Assembly: GCA_043228905.1 (NCBI GenBank)
Contig: JBHGNT010000021.1
Location: 496,001 to 560,000, forward strand
DNA from: Azolla caroliniana
Lineage: Eukaryota; Plantae; Polypodiophyta
Reading direction: 5' to 3'
Length of the DNA: 64,000 bases
This document shows positions 11,801 through 26,100 of the stretch, one piece after another. The first letter of the stretch is position 1; each line of letters starts with the position of its first letter. Below the pieces are notes generated by a model, which ran no database searches, had not been told where the DNA came from, and worked only from the letters and a program-made list of their open reading frames with translations. The translations under genes and the position numbers were made by a program.

Positions 11801-14800
11801 CAACTTCTGCAAGCACAGATGATAACTGCGCATGCAACGCAGCTGTGACTATAATCACAGATAGTATGGCATGATAATTTTATTGCAGAAATTCTTGCTC
11901 TCAACCTTCTTTACAACATTGATTTTACCTCACTAAGAAGCTTTGGTTTATCCATTGTCGAAAAGGTAACTTCATGCATGGGTACATGATATCTTAATAA
12001 TCCAACAAAAAAAGGTTTCTTTTAATACAAAGGGCATCAAGATGAAGAATGATGGACACATATACATGCAAGCCCAGATATGCTGACACTTCTCGTAAAG
12101 ATTACATAACATAGGTGCATCTTACTTGGGTGAAGAATGAAGACCATTAGCAATGCTAGATCTATCATTATCGATTCCTGAGGGCTTGATCATCTCTACT
12201 GCCAATGCTTCTAAACTTGCGAAAGTGCCGAATGAAGGAGGACCAGGCATACTGACACAAGAAGATTTAAGTTTATCAATACATTGAATCAGAAAGATAA
12301 AATTTCCTTCAATATTGCAATACCTTGGCTTGGCAATGCCCCCAATATCTTCTTTCCCCGATGAATTCTCTAAAACATTTACTTCTGAAGCATCCAGTCC
12401 AGTGGGCACAACCTATACTCAACACACTCATAGAGTAAATTCAGCAAGATGCAGACTAGAGTCAAAATAAAGTAAATATACACAAACTGTTGCATTTATT
12501 TTTAAGGATATACTGCGATAATTTATTCAGCCCATACTTCAATTATTTTCTAGGTCATTAATTTATATGCTAATTAAGAATCTAGAGATGATTATGGAAA
12601 TTTAAAATCCCTACTATAAGTCGTGCAAAAATAGGACGAGAAAATTAAGATCCTTAATTAAATACAGGTTCATAACACCATTTTGAACATGTCCAATGGA
12701 GAAAAAGGGGAAATGCTTACATGGATAGATCTAACATGGACAATGGGGGGGGCAGTTTTATTAGTTCTTGCCAATTCCAGTAATCTCTTGTGCCCCAAAA
12801 CATCTTCAGCTCTCTCAGGATTGACATCCATAGCGTACCTGCAATGAAAGTCCTTGGTCTCCGTTTCTTGTAGAAAGATATTGTATTGTTCTAATATATA
12901 CAAAACGCGCACATGATCTTAGCTCTCTCTCACACACTATATTGTTGCTTTGTGGACTTCAAATAAGCATTTGATACTGTATCATGGAGTGGGCTTTCGA
13001 AAAGAATGATGGAGATCAGAGAGCCAATAGAATATAAAACAGCTGTAGCATGATTTTATGAGCATGTCAGGTGCAATTGAAAATGAATAGTGGTTTCTTG
13101 AAGTACTTTTTGAGCAACATGGGGGTCAAGCAATGGAGTCCACTCTCTCCCACACTCTTTGGTCTATGTATCGATAAACTTGAAGAAATAGTAAACAAGG
13201 CTGCAAAAGAAGAAGGATTGGATGGCGCAAAACTCATGCATGAGCTTGTTTTTCTACTCCTATATTCCAACAATGTTGTTTTATTCTCCTATAACATTTT
13301 ATCAAATCAGTGGACTAAATGTTAATATGGACAAAACAAAAATGATGGCAATCAAGGCAATACAAAAGTGTCCAGGATAATTCATCAATTCCAGGAAATA
13401 CAACACCCAAGAAAAGGCAATAAAGTCATAGCTATATATACAGGACAATTCCAGGGAATACAACACCCAAGAAAACAGATCCATCAATAAAAAACTGGCC
13501 TGACATAGCACAAGAATGTACTGACAACATAAGGCTGTGCTATTGATAAAAATTGATGTTCTGTAGACAGTGGGCATATATGCAGGGGTAGCATATCATC
13601 AACGGGATTAGGAACATTGTTAGATTTCCTTAAACAATCATGGCTCCAGTCTCTGAAGACTCCTTGTCTGGCCGTATTCATAGAAGTTTTGGGTGCCATC
13701 ATCAGCACTAACAGGTTGAAACACACTCTAATACACTGGCAGTAAAGTACACTCTCATAGTGAACTTTACCATGATAACAATAGAGGTAACCCCAGTCTC
13801 TGCACATAGCATCTTTTGCTCAAGCTTGTACAATAGGTTATATAAGCAGAGGACCCATGATAAAGACAGACAATGACATGCTGACTAGCACAGATAATGA
13901 CAATGGCACTGGAACACCATCAACATTAACAAGATGATAAACACCCTAACGAACGGGCAGTAAAGTGCACTATCATATTATGAACTTTACCAAGATAACG
14001 AAGGAGGTAACCCCAGTTTCTCCACATAACATCCTTTGCTCAAGCTTGTAGCATGGGTTATATAGGCAGATGATCCAGAAAATAAAGACAGACAATGACA
14101 TGTTGAGATTCTTCCAAAGATTACAGAGTACGCTATTTTAGTAAATACTTGGAATGGAAGTATGTGAACCCAAGCTACTAAATTCTGTAAGACTTGGTGT
14201 ATAAACATTTTTCATATATAGGTTGCTTCACTTTGACAGAGTCCGTCTATGTAATTAATGATAGGATTGACCAAAGCGAAGTCCAGGTTATTACCAAAAG
14301 TCTATCTCTTGTTCCAAAGGTGAAGGTTGGATGAGCTTGATCATAAATATGGATGTTTAATTGCTACCAGCCTTAGAAACATTATCAAGCAGTGGATCTC
14401 CTAACAAAGAGAATAACATAATTTAATATAAAATTAAAGAAATTAAATAAGCGCACTAATAACCCTCTGACCTAACCAATTCCCTAAGCTAAGATCAGCC
14501 AGTAACCTAGGTGACTTTTGCACATCCCGTAGAGACCCATGTTGAAGACTAGTGCATCAAGAAACATCCATACCACTGCAACCGTAAGAGGGTTGATCCA
14601 ATCACATAACAGGGAGAAAAAGATGTGCAGAAGGGTAACTGGCCCTCTACATGATATTAAACACCCAAGTATGTGCATGGAATATGTCAATGTCCAGCAC
14701 TATAGCTATCCAGACAGGATATCGACAAAAGGCCAATTGCCCTATCTGTAACCTAAATTCAACTACACAATAGAAAAGTTTTCGAACAAACATGGCCTGG

Positions 14801-15943
14801 GAAAATCTCCAAAAGTTCCACAGTCACAGAAGGTTATCATATAAAGGGGATACTTACATACTCAATAAGAAAGGGCATATGTAATTATCATAAAAAGGGG
14901 TGTTAATTTAGAACTTGAATACATGTGATATACAGATTTTAAGTATAGTTACCCCATGCAAATCAAGTAAAGACACCAACTTGAATGGTTAAACCTGCTG
15001 TAGAATATCATCTAAAAATGTGTAGACACTATCAACCTTAATCCATATAGCATAGCAAATGTTACAAGTAAATTTTTTGATAGTATCTCAAAGACAGATG
15101 TGGACATATCAGTTGAAATGAATATGAACTCATACAAAATAAATAAATAACAAACATAACTTCAATGATTTAGTTTGCGTTACAATTATAATATGAAAAT
15201 AGCACATGGTCATATTTATGATCTCATTCAAATAAAATTTAGGAAAGGCTCAATGGAATGTTTAATCCTAAACCATATTATCCTAAAGCATGAATTCATT
15301 TCAATCTGATAGAGCAAAAATTAATTGAAATGCTAAACCACACAGGTAGATATAGAGCAAAAATTAATTAATTAACCAGAAATGAGTAGAAACTTGGGCA
15401 AATCAGATAAAAATAATATAAAATGAATGCATGAAAAATATCATATGATCATATTCTGACGAAATGTTTAACCCCTAACCCCTGACTCACATACCTTACC
15501 ACATGTTCATACATGTGACCAAATCATTTGTTCCCATCAAATGACCAGAATTCATGCACATCTAAGTAAGACGAAAATTAACCACGAAACGTTTGAAACT
15601 CAAAACACCTAATATCATTTTGGTCATATAAAATGAACTGAACTCGTGCAAACATGAGAAAGACATAAATAAACTGAAATGTGCAAATAATCCTCAACCC
15701 TATGAACCCTACTAGGCCGTACCTGACAGGTAGATGCTGGAAATGGGCATGGAGGCCTTCTACGAACCCGGGACTATCCACAGCTTCATGTCCAGATTCT
15801 CGGAGCCTTTCAATAATCTCATTGCATACGTCCTTCTTTTGGCGGATCTGCTTTTCAGTCGTATTCCCGAAGCTCGTTCGAGAAAAGCCCACTGTTTCTT
15901 CTTTGCTTTTAGTATGATTATGATTACGAAATTCTGCTTCCAT
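8839..15943 (-). CDS. ACT-domain serine/threonine/tyrosine protein kinase (STY8/STY17/STY46-type Raf-like kinase), about 16 coding exons
   Basis: GT-AG exons encode [17 protein letters not shown], the ACT domain ([29 protein letters not shown]), [50 protein letters not shown] and [16 protein letters not shown] at 15943, TGA at 8841-8839. Confidence 0.95.
12930..13370 (+). mobile_element. Decayed LINE reverse-transcriptase fragment in kinase intron 1
   Basis: Translation [13 protein letters not shown]...[18 protein letters not shown]...[10 protein letters not shown] matches RT motifs DFxKAFD, GVKQGxPLSP and a mutated YADD; contains stops and a frameshift. Confidence 0.85.
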
Positions 15944-18900
15944 AGAAAAAACCTAATTTTTTTATTATTATTATTACAAAAGACTGAGGGCAAAAGTAGA
16001 AACTTAAGAAAGGGAAGGGAGTGGGTAGTTTGGAATTAGGGACAGACTCAGGCGCGGGAAAGCTGAAACCCTGAAATTCTGTGAGAAATGAGAGAAGAAA
16101 ACCAAGGTTTATCGAGAGCTTTGGGATGAAACCCAAATGAGAGGGAGATTTGTCTGTGCAACCATGAGATTAGGGCAGGAACAGAGGAGATATTTGTTGT
16201 TGCAGGGGATGTGGGCCTTGAGCCAACAAACCTCTAATAATTGGAAAAGAGAAATATTATTATATTTTGGTGGTGTAGTGAGACGAGAAGTCAATAGGCA
16301 AGTGGATCAAGATCCTAGGAATCGCCACTCAGTTTGATTGACCCGCGGAAGATCCATCCAGGCATATGATCCTCGTTACTATTAATCACACCTATGTCAA
16401 TGAATCGATCTATCGGGTCGACGATTCTCGCCTCTATCCTGAATGACTTACTGGATGCTAAATGATGCTTGTCATTATCTCATAATGGGGATGAATGGTT
16501 AGATCAGCAATAGAGAATCCTTGTTGTTATCGCATTTAATGAGAGAGAGAGAGAGGAGTTGGTCGGTCAATTGATTGGCAATGGAGGATCGTTGTCTTGA
16601 TTCCTTAAACGAGATTGAGGGAGTTTGATTAGCATTTGAGGATGCTTGTAGCTATCTCAAAAAACAAATCTTCGTTGGTCGATGATTAGTGATCATTGTT
16701 AGTATCTTATAAACAAGGGAATTGAGTTGCTTGACATGATTAGTGATCATTGTCACTATCGCATAGCAAGGAGGATTATTTGATCAATTAACTTTTGGTG
16801 GAGGATCCTTGTCACTCTTGGCAAGTGATTTTATCAACTAATCAATAGTGGAGAATCCTTTCATATGATCTCCTAGACAAAGTAAACTGCCATTGATTGA
16901 TGATGTAGTATCTTCATCACTAAGGCATCTTATGAGTTTGAGAAAAAATAATTAAGAATATACTATTGAAAGTAATATCATCATAAGGAATCAAGGGTGA
17001 AAGTGTTTGAGCATGTAAGAAGGTCCAATATGAAATGCACAAGACATGCATACCTCTTATATGTTACATATATAATCTCTACTAGCAATGTTTTACTTCA
17101 ACTAAATCTTGACATTCAATGCCTCCTATATTCCATAATGATTGCCAACATGCTAGAGTTGCTATTGTTGTTTCACAAAATCTTCTATCCACCTAGGATT
17201 TAGCCTTTGAGATGCTCTTGGTCTAGGTTAAATACCTTACCCTTTCGTAATCAAAGGTTGATTCTTTTAGCTCATCATTTCTTGTCTAAGGTTGAGTCCA
17301 TATTCATGAAATTAGCTTCTCATAAACCCTTTTGCCTCCAACACATCAAAATTAGACACAAATAAGTTAATCCTTTTCTTCAAAGCTTTTGTGGACCGAA
17401 TTCTTGTTTTGATATCTTGATGAATAAATATGCCTTAAAGGTAATGGTAGTTTTTTATAAAATTGTATTTTTCTACAAAAGTCATGGCTAAGTAATTGTA
17501 GAGTTTTTCAACTAGAAATGCAAGTACTATGGATATAAATTATAATAATGGACATATTTGAAGCCACGGCTGTAACATTGTGAAGCGTACTTTTTTATTT
17601 TTGCACTTTCTTGTTGAAATATTTAATTTATGAGAAGATTTTCACACGGAAGTAACTTACAAAGTGGACATGAAGATCTAATCTTTAGCATCATGATTCT
17701 TATATTGCTTCTAATCTCTTTTGGAGGGTGTACTTTGAAATCCTCCTTTATAAAGTATCTCCTCCTCTACTTGTTCTTTTATCGATATGAAAGTTTTAAT
17801 TGCTTCAAATGTTTGTGTTACATTCAAAAACCCAAGACATCAAATCTTAATCCAATCCAAGTCATTGACTATTAAAGCTGACATTGTTCCATACTTTCAT
17901 TTGTTACCAACTTTTCTACAAAATATCATGGAACCTATCATCTTATATAATTGAAGAAACAAAATATTATCGATTATGCTTTGCATCTTAATATAATCCA
18001 ATCCCATCACCTATTAAAAGTTTACATCATACCATATTCCCATTTGTTACTAATTCTTCTAGAAACACCATTGGATCTATGAAATCATAATTGAAGGAAC
18101 AAATGTTATTGATTTTGCTTCCTTGAAATTGGAGCACAATTAAGATGATTTCAAACATTTTGCTAAATGGCATTGAGAGATTTGTGGTTAGGTATGGGTA
18201 TAAGAACAAATTATGGCACACATCATATTGGGACTAGATCATATAGGGGTATACAAAAATGTATGTCTGTCATCTAATCTCTACTCTTGTAAGGATGATT
18301 TTTGGTTTACCATATCCTGCTGGCAAGTGTATGAGTCATCCTCTTTTTGTTAATTGACAATGCTCACAAGGAAGCTCAATGCTTGGTTATGAGAACAAAG
18401 CTTTTTTCACACCAAGTTATTGCTTCTGTCTCTGAAGTAGAAGTGATGGGTTCAATTCTTCATTGCATCCTATACTTCCTATGAAGTCGATAAAGCAGAT
18501 TCTCCTCGTGGGTTTTCTTTTTCATGAAATGATTTATAGGAAACTGGAACAGATATCATGCAAAAAGAGACATTTTCAAATGATTGATGTGATAAAGGCT
18601 GGAAATGACATCTGCATATACATGAATGGATTACCTGAGACAAAGAAAATAAGCCAAATGAATTTGTAGTGCAAGAAGAAAGTCATGGTGAATTAAACAT
18701 TTTACTCAGAACTACATTATGAATGCCCAACATATGCCACATGTACCAATGCAAAATATTTTACATTTCACACAACCACTTTCTCTTCATGGGTTCATTA
18801 AAGAAGATTGTTGATCATGTTGTAAACACCTTAGCATATGAAGGGTCAATGTCAACTGCAAGTTCAATAATGTCAATGACACAAGATGTTGACTAAATCT

Positions 18901-19973
18901 TGTATGACTTGCCCTTCCATACCATGGGGCTTTCCTCTAACACTAAATTCAGTCAACAAAAAAAATAAATTCTGTGGCAGCTTGTGTTTTTGTATAGGTT
19001 GGTGTATATGTAACATATAGCATACATATAAATACAGACGCGCGAGCGCACACACACACACACACACACAGAACATAACAAAAAAAATTGACAAGAGATT
19101 TAAATATTAGACCATCAGTGATAGAAGGAAATATTACACATGATTTTTAGTCTGACTTTGCGATGAATATGCATATGCATATGAAGAAAGATCCTCTGTC
19201 AGGAACAAGTCTGAGCTCTTTCAAAAAAACAGATATTAATATAGATGAACAGTATGATTCATCTTACATGATCACATTTTTATCAAAATGCAGAGATTGT
19301 GAGGCGGAATCTCCATTGCAATTGACACTTTTGAGTCAAACCAGAGCATGGAAAGAAACCATCATCATCATCAGAACTACTTTAACAATGGTTCTTATCA
19401 CAAGAAAACCTCAATTTATAAACACTGGTGGAAGCTCTTCACTCCTTGAATCCATCCTGAAGAACAAACTCCAGCACCTCTAAAAATCATAAAAGCAAAA
19501 AGAAAAGCACAACAAGATTTGCTTTACATGTTAGGTGCCAAAAAACAAATGTAAGCTTGCTTCCTTTTTTCCCTTTCATGGTCATGTATGTGTAAGTCTT
19601 GCATAAGTTAAAACCAAAACCTAGTTCTGAAGGTATGAAGCACTTTCAGTTTCATAAAGTTAACTAGCTCCAAGGTGTGAAATCCGGGTCTCCCAACTAT
19701 TGACTTCTCAGGGTTTTATGACGTCAAGTAGTTTCACAAGGCAATGGAAAGCTGTGGGGTTCTTCTTTTCAGCATCATAAAGCTGACTAACTTCAAAAAG
19801 CTGTAAAATTAGGCTTTTTGGCATTACAATGATAGCTAACATCAAACGGCGAGCCCCAGGAAAACTTCCCTTCTGAATAGGTGAATCCCTTAAGGTATAA
19901 TTTTTCCCTATTTTTGAAAGGGGGAATCACAGAAAATATATACTTACAATTATATAAGAGAAATCTATCTCTT

Positions 19974-21299
19974 TCACTGAAAATCCAGACCTTCATTACG
20001 TGCTTCAAGCATTACTCTATCACCAGTATCATCATCCTGTGCACGAGGTTGAGATGTTTGCCCAGGACTATCGAACCCTTCTCCGGCGGGACCACTTGAG
20101 ACAGTCTCAGTACTATTTGCCTGGCTCGCGGTGCCCATTTGAGCATATGCAGCTGAATGGGAGGCTGCCATGCCAGTACGAAACCATGGAAGGGTATTCA
20201 TATGAAACCGAGCACTGCCCCTTCCTCCGCGAGGGGGAAGAAGAGAGTTTGATCCTCCCCCAACCATGGAAACACCCCCTTGAGTCTCGAGTTGTTGACC
20301 TGTTGTCTCTGTCCAACTCTCACCACCACCTGGACCCAAGCCTGCCCAATGTGCAAAATCACCTGCACCGCCAAGATCAGGCAAAGAAACCTCGGGACCA
20401 GATCCAGGGCCTTGCCGTCCATGATTGTGATTTTGATTTTGATTGTTATTGTGATTCTCATCCTCATCCTGAATGTTACTGGGACTGGGGTCTTCGTCAG
20501 TGGGCATCTCATACCGACACACGGGACATGAATTATGCTGTGCGAGCCAAGGGAGGATGCAATCCGCATGATACAGGTGTGAACATGGCATCTGGCGAGC
20601 ATGAGCACCCAGTTCAAATGCGTCTTTGCAAACTGCACAATGAGCAACATCCGAACCATCACCCTTGCCTATTTCTTCATCAGAGATAGTAATAGATGGC
20701 ATGGATTCAACAGAAGCTTTAGAGGCTGGACGGGAACCATAACGATTAAGGTCATTTTCAGAGAGATATTGAATGATTTGCTCGAATCCAGGCCCAACAA
20801 AATAGTCACCGATATGACCTGGCAACAATGGGCGAGATCCACCACCGTTTTCCAAGAAAATGTCTATGTTTTCTCCTCCTCCTATTTGTAGGTTATTGGA
20901 CATGTGTTCTTGAAGTAAAAACCACGGATTTGTGGGCCGATGTGGATTGTTTTGTTGCATTTGTTGAAGCACAGCCGAGAATAGATCTAGCAAAGGAGGA
21001 CCTGGAGATCTATTCTGGCCAGTCATCATCGCTAAAGGTCTTTCTGACACCATAGTATTATGGCCATATCTCCTATCAGAAATGTTTTGACGAGCTATGG
21101 TGGGAGCAAGCGTTAGAGGTAAAGGTAGAGTCAAAGAGAGGCTAGGCATTCTCTCTCTCTCTGCTACCACTTCCTCAAGAAAACCTTCACCACAAGTAGG
21201 GCAAACAAGATCTCCGGACGACGATAGTGGCGACGATATCTGAACATTCCTATCACATCTGTAACAGTGGTATAGGTGCAAACCTGAAGAGGTAGCCAT
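19974..21299 (-). CDS. RING-H2 E3 ubiquitin ligase with N-terminal C4 zinc ribbon (RING1/RNF126-like), single coding exon
   Basis: 441-aa ORF with YHCYRCDR...CPTCGEGFLEE, GDYFVGPGFEQII, PASKASVESMP and RING-H2 CAVC...MPCSHLYHADCILPWLAQHNSCPVC. Confidence 0.93.
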   Translation of the reverse strand: MATSSGLHLYHCYRCDRNVQISSPLSSSGDLVCPTCGEGFLEEVVAERERMPSLSLTLPLPLTLAPTIARQNISDRRYGHNTMVSERPLAMMTGQNRSPGPPLLDLFSAVLQQMQQNNPHRPTNPWFLLQEHMSNNLQIGGGENIDIFLENGGGSRPLLPGHIGDYFVGPGFEQIIQYLSENDLNRYGSRPASKASVESMPSITISDEEIGKGDGSDVAHCAVCKDAFELGAHARQMPCSHLYHADCILPWLAQHNSCPVCRYEMPTDEDPSPSNIQDEDENHNNNQNQNHNHGRQGPGSGPEVSLPDLGGAGDFAHWAGLGPGGGESWTETTGQQLETQGGVSMVGGGSNSLLPPRGGRGSARFHMNTLPWFRTGMAASHSAAYAQMGTASQANSTETVSSGPAGEGFDSPGQTSQPRAQDDDTGDRVMLEARNEGLDFQ

Positions 21300-21415
21300 A
21301 GCGGAAGGCTTGCTTCTTTCCTGCCTGATCGATCAGAGAGAGGGAGGTCTGCTTGGCGAAGATGGGGTCCCGCTTTCGTGAAAACAGAAAAAGAGGTGAG
21401 AATGGGATGTGGGCG

Positions 21416-21418
<3 letters not shown>

Positions 21419-21454
<36 letters not shown>
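21419..21454. repeat. (CT)n microsatellite in the RING gene leader
   Basis: About 17-18 CT units. Confidence 0.9.
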
Positions 21455-21456
<2 letters not shown>

Positions 21457-22954
21457 GACTGGGAAAAGGGGATTCGATTCTCTCAGAGTTTCTCTCTTCC
21501 TTCCTCTTCAGCTAAGAAGAAAAAGACTAAAAAGCAAAAAGCAAAAAGCTAAACGCAATCTGAAACCTAAATAATAAAAGAACAAAGGAGCCCATGTCTA
21601 TCTACGCATACATTCATACCGTATATACTGTTTTTCCTGCCTCTAAACATTGACTTTATGCCTCCCATCACACGGCATGTGCAAGTGTGTGTGTGTGTGT
21701 GTGTGTTCATCAGAACGTGTGTGGACCACCGAGTGCACATGTTCAACCAAGCTTCATTGTCAAATCTAGGTCCCACATGTGCCCATTACTACAAGCTTCA
21801 GAGTACATACATAACTTATGGCCACCGATTGGTCCTTCAATTCGTGGGCGAAGAATGAAAACAAACCATGGTAAGTAGAGGCTCCCCACAATCAATCGAA
21901 AAGATATTGACCCACCCACCAATATGTGGACGTCTTGATAGACATGAACCTACACATAATTGACTCCATTAATCTACGAAAATTGAGGGATTCAAAGGCC
22001 AATGGTTGACATAGGGATTGACTAGGTAAATAGGGCCCTTCCATGAGCTACAAAGATAGCCATTCGTGAGATTATGACCATTGAATGAAGGGCCCTTCCA
22101 AGCTACAAAGATAGCCTTAATTCTTGAGTGTACGTTAATTCTCTTTATTTAAGGTGTTGCTCTTGAGTGTTCATTAGTTCTCTTTCCGTTACATACTTGT
22201 CTTGTTTTCTCTGATCCAAGGCAACCATACTTTATGTTTTGCTCTTAAGTGTAGGTTAATTCTCCTCAAGTCGTATCCTTCTCTTGTTTTCTCCACTCCA
22301 CAACATAAAATACTACTATGTTTAATCGACACATTATTTTGGGAAAAAACTTTACATTTCTCGATCTACAATGTCCAAAAAAGGTCCTAACATAATACAA
22401 CTAGCACTTTACGTTATGTGCAATTTGCTTTGCCTTGGTAGTGTCTTTGTAATACAAGTGGAATGCAATGTTGACAATCTACTCAATAGCATTTCATGCA
22501 TGTTGACAAAAATTGAGGAGGCAAGCATGAATCCGTAAAGACTCCTAATCAACAATGTACAAAACAATGACTAGGTTGACGACGTGATTTAGAACAAGTC
22601 TTTTCATAATATAAATGCACTACTAGCCAAATTTATCAATAGCCATTATAGGAAGTTCTACAAAACTATCACTTATCATTGTCCTTGTGCAAACTCGTCC
22701 TTTGGCCATTTGGAATATTATACAAAATTCTTGAATTTGGTTGTGATGTAAGGAAAGTTTACATTAATCATGGGATGCTTGTCCCATCGAAAGGACACAC
22801 ATAGTTTTGTGAGCATAGAAATATGTATAAATGCAAATGCATCCAATAAAATAGCCAATATATTATCTTTATGACAATAATCTAGACAATCATGTTATCC
22901 ATGCGAAGCAATTATGGATTGGAGCACCTTATGCATAAATGGACTGTTTATAAA

Positions 22955-23180
22955 CATTGTAACATTTGCATGGCATGTGTTTATTATACAAATTGCAATG
23001 TTTTTGTGTTGAGTTATTATAGACAGTGCAAAACGAGCATATTACAAGATGAAATATAACAGATTATAATCATTGTAACATTTGCATGGCATGTGTTTAT
23101 TATACAAATTGCAATGTTTTTGTGTTGAGTTATTATAGACAGTGCAAAACGAGCACATTACAAGATGAAATATAACAGAT
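22955..23180. repeat. Near-perfect tandem duplication, 116-bp period, 2 copies
   Basis: CATTGTAACATTTGCATGGCATGTG...GAAATATAACAGAT starts at 22955 and 23071; one substitution seen. Confidence 0.9.
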
Positions 23181-26100
23181 AGGAGGTTCCCTCGTTTCAA
23201 CTATTGGTCACGCTGTCACATTACACCATGACATGAGAGACCTCTCAACTTTTGGTAACATATTCCCATGCCTCATTTCAAGAAAAGAGAACACAATAAA
23301 CCAATCTATTATTTGTTATGTTTTACAACTAACCAATCTGAATTGTTGCTTCTAAGAGAATTTAGGAATAGAATTTGACAATGCAATTGTGGTCTTTTGG
23401 GGTTTACGGTTTAGGATAACCCAATCATAGTCTTAATGGGGCTTCAGGTTAACCCTTTTTATGCTTCTTTGCATCTTCATACTCATTACACCCCAGTTAT
23501 AAGCCAGAATATGGAGTTTTCAATGATATTTTGCAGGGAATTTGTATCACACCCCACTTATAAGCCAGAATATCTAATTACAGTTAAAACATCAACAAAT
23601 TGATCTTTCTTGCAGAATTTTGTTTCAAAAGATCATATAGAGGTCAATCATTGCATGTGACGGTAAAAAACTATTGTAAGAGATCCCAACAAGCATTATT
23701 ATAAGATCAAAACTAGTTTCAGAATAAATAAAACTGAAAATGAATTATATTAAAATAGAGTTGTGGATTAGGATATCACCCACCATTAATATATGAATAT
23801 TTGACAGAATATCCCTGAATGAAAGTTCACCAATCACAACATTACCAAAATACCACTTATGATTCAACTCTTATTCTGCAACTTAAGAATCAGGCAAAAT
23901 GAAGTCACCTCATGCACGGTACTACGCATAGGGGCCTATAAAGTAACCCATATATTTATAGACGATGTCACCTGCATGCAAGGGGCGGCAGGCCTCTGAC
24001 AGAGATAGGTGGACCATTATTATGGCTGCCCTATCATGTAGGAATTTGCAGTATACAAAGAGGTTGGCAGGAGCCTATAAAGTAACCCCTATAGTCCTTG
24101 ATGATTTTGCCCTCATGAAAGAGGCAGGCCATCTAAGATAGGTGGATCATTATTAAGGCTCTCCTATCACTTGGAGAGTTGCAGTATAACAAAAGATTGT
24201 GGATAGGAAGCGTGAATAAGATTTGCAATACAGAGCTACAATGCATCATTATGAACTCCCACAATTGGAGAATGCCATTACAGAGACATCAGCGCCCAGA
24301 GAGAGGATCCCCAATTGGATGGACACAGATAGTGCATCCATGTGTCCAAAGACTAAATGTCAGCATGGTGAGGGGCTCAGGGGTGGCTATACTTTTCAAC
24401 AGAGAAATACACAGAGGATTCAAGTGATCGCAGGAGTTTGATATATGTGGGTCTATGTAGATCCCACATCACGTGGGTAATATGCTGTGGATACCGGGGA
24501 GAAAGGACACCCTACTGCTTACATAATCCTGCAATAGCAGAACTCTTTGTCATGCGAGGACTTCGATTGTCAGTGTTACACATCCTGTCCAGCACTCCAA
24601 GATAGATATCATATATGGGTTTCATGCAAGTCTCTAGAGCTGTGGCAATGGATCTTATCTCTATCTACTCAGAATGCTCTTTCAATAATGGAGGAAGAAA
24701 TACACTTGCCTTATTGGACCTTCTAGATCACCACACAAGGCCTTATCATTTATGGTGCCACTTTGTCCTGCTGGATCTGATCATATACATATATGAGCTT
24801 CTCATTCTTGGGCTTAAACAAGAGTTGTCTGAAATCTAGACTAATTTGGATCTGAATACTCCCATGGGGACCCTCACATTCCGGCTTTAAACCAGGCCAA
24901 ATTATGCAGTCCTGAGGAGTTTCCCACATTATTCATACATGAACAGGAAGCAATGCTAGAATACGTAGTACGATGAGGTATATCAAGAGCATACATAAAC
25001 AAAACTCACTGCAGAAGACAACACATCAATATGCACTACTGTAGATGCATTATCCCAAACATTGAAAATGACAGGAATGGGGAAAGATAGAGGCTCTCTT
25101 AAAAGATAGGGGCTCTGTTATGACAGGGGAACACCTTAGAGAACCCATATACCCATCCCCATAGAGGATTTACACGCATGGCATGGGTCTGTATAGAAGC
25201 TTCACCATGTCCCAAAACACCCATTGGTAACACTTCTGCACCATGGCCCATTATCTCCACCTTCACCAAAAGATGCTCTCGATGATCTTTTAAAGATTAC
25301 AGCAAAGTGATTGAGTAATTGATAGGTCAGGGATCCAGACTGAGCATCCTATATATGCTCATGAGATGCGTGTTCCCTCTAATGCACCCCTCTTTAACCA
25401 TGCCATGGTTGAAGTTTTTATAAATGAGAAGAACGAACACTGTTATACCTATACCCAACAGGGGACAACATGGATCCCAATAGTTACAGAACAATCATTC
25501 ATTCACATTGATACTGTATTGCATTGTCATAGAGGCTGATCTTTCAAAGCATGCAGAGCAGAGGGGAAATGCAAGCACCAGGAGAGCCTTGTCTACATTC
25601 CCTTGCATGTTAACTTATTCAAACGAAGGATATGGAGAGAATCATATCTATTACATGCCCTTCAGAAAAGAGCAGGAAGGAGATCAGCTCAACAATTAAG
25701 GATGGAGACTGGAAAACACACACATAGCTTAAAACAATTGCATTTGCCAGCTTTGCAGTCAGGAAGTTGAATCACAGGAGCATTATGTATTACAATGCTC
25801 AATCTATGAAGAGATTGGAATGAAAGATATCACTGTCTCTTTGGAGAAGGATCTTTGTAGAGTCATGGAGTAGAATGATCAAATATGCTTAGACCTATTC
25901 CTTCAACAAAGAAAGACAGAAAGATATATTAACATCTACTAGAGACCAAATACACGATTACAAATGAGATATGGATTCATGTTATCCATACGGAAAAACA
26001 AAATACAGGTTCTATGTTTCCTATTAGCTCCACGATTATGATCTTCATACATGTGAAATCATTTTGGAGATGGTTTACAATCATGAAGTGGACCGATATG

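Noticed and set aside
16440-16920. Weak 55-60-bp recurring motif (GTGGAGGATCCTTGTCAC-like) upstream of the kinase
   Set aside because: Too degenerate to define unit or origin by eye
20000-20689. 229-aa plus-strand ORF
   Set aside because: Antisense shadow of the RING ligase exon; no recognisable motif
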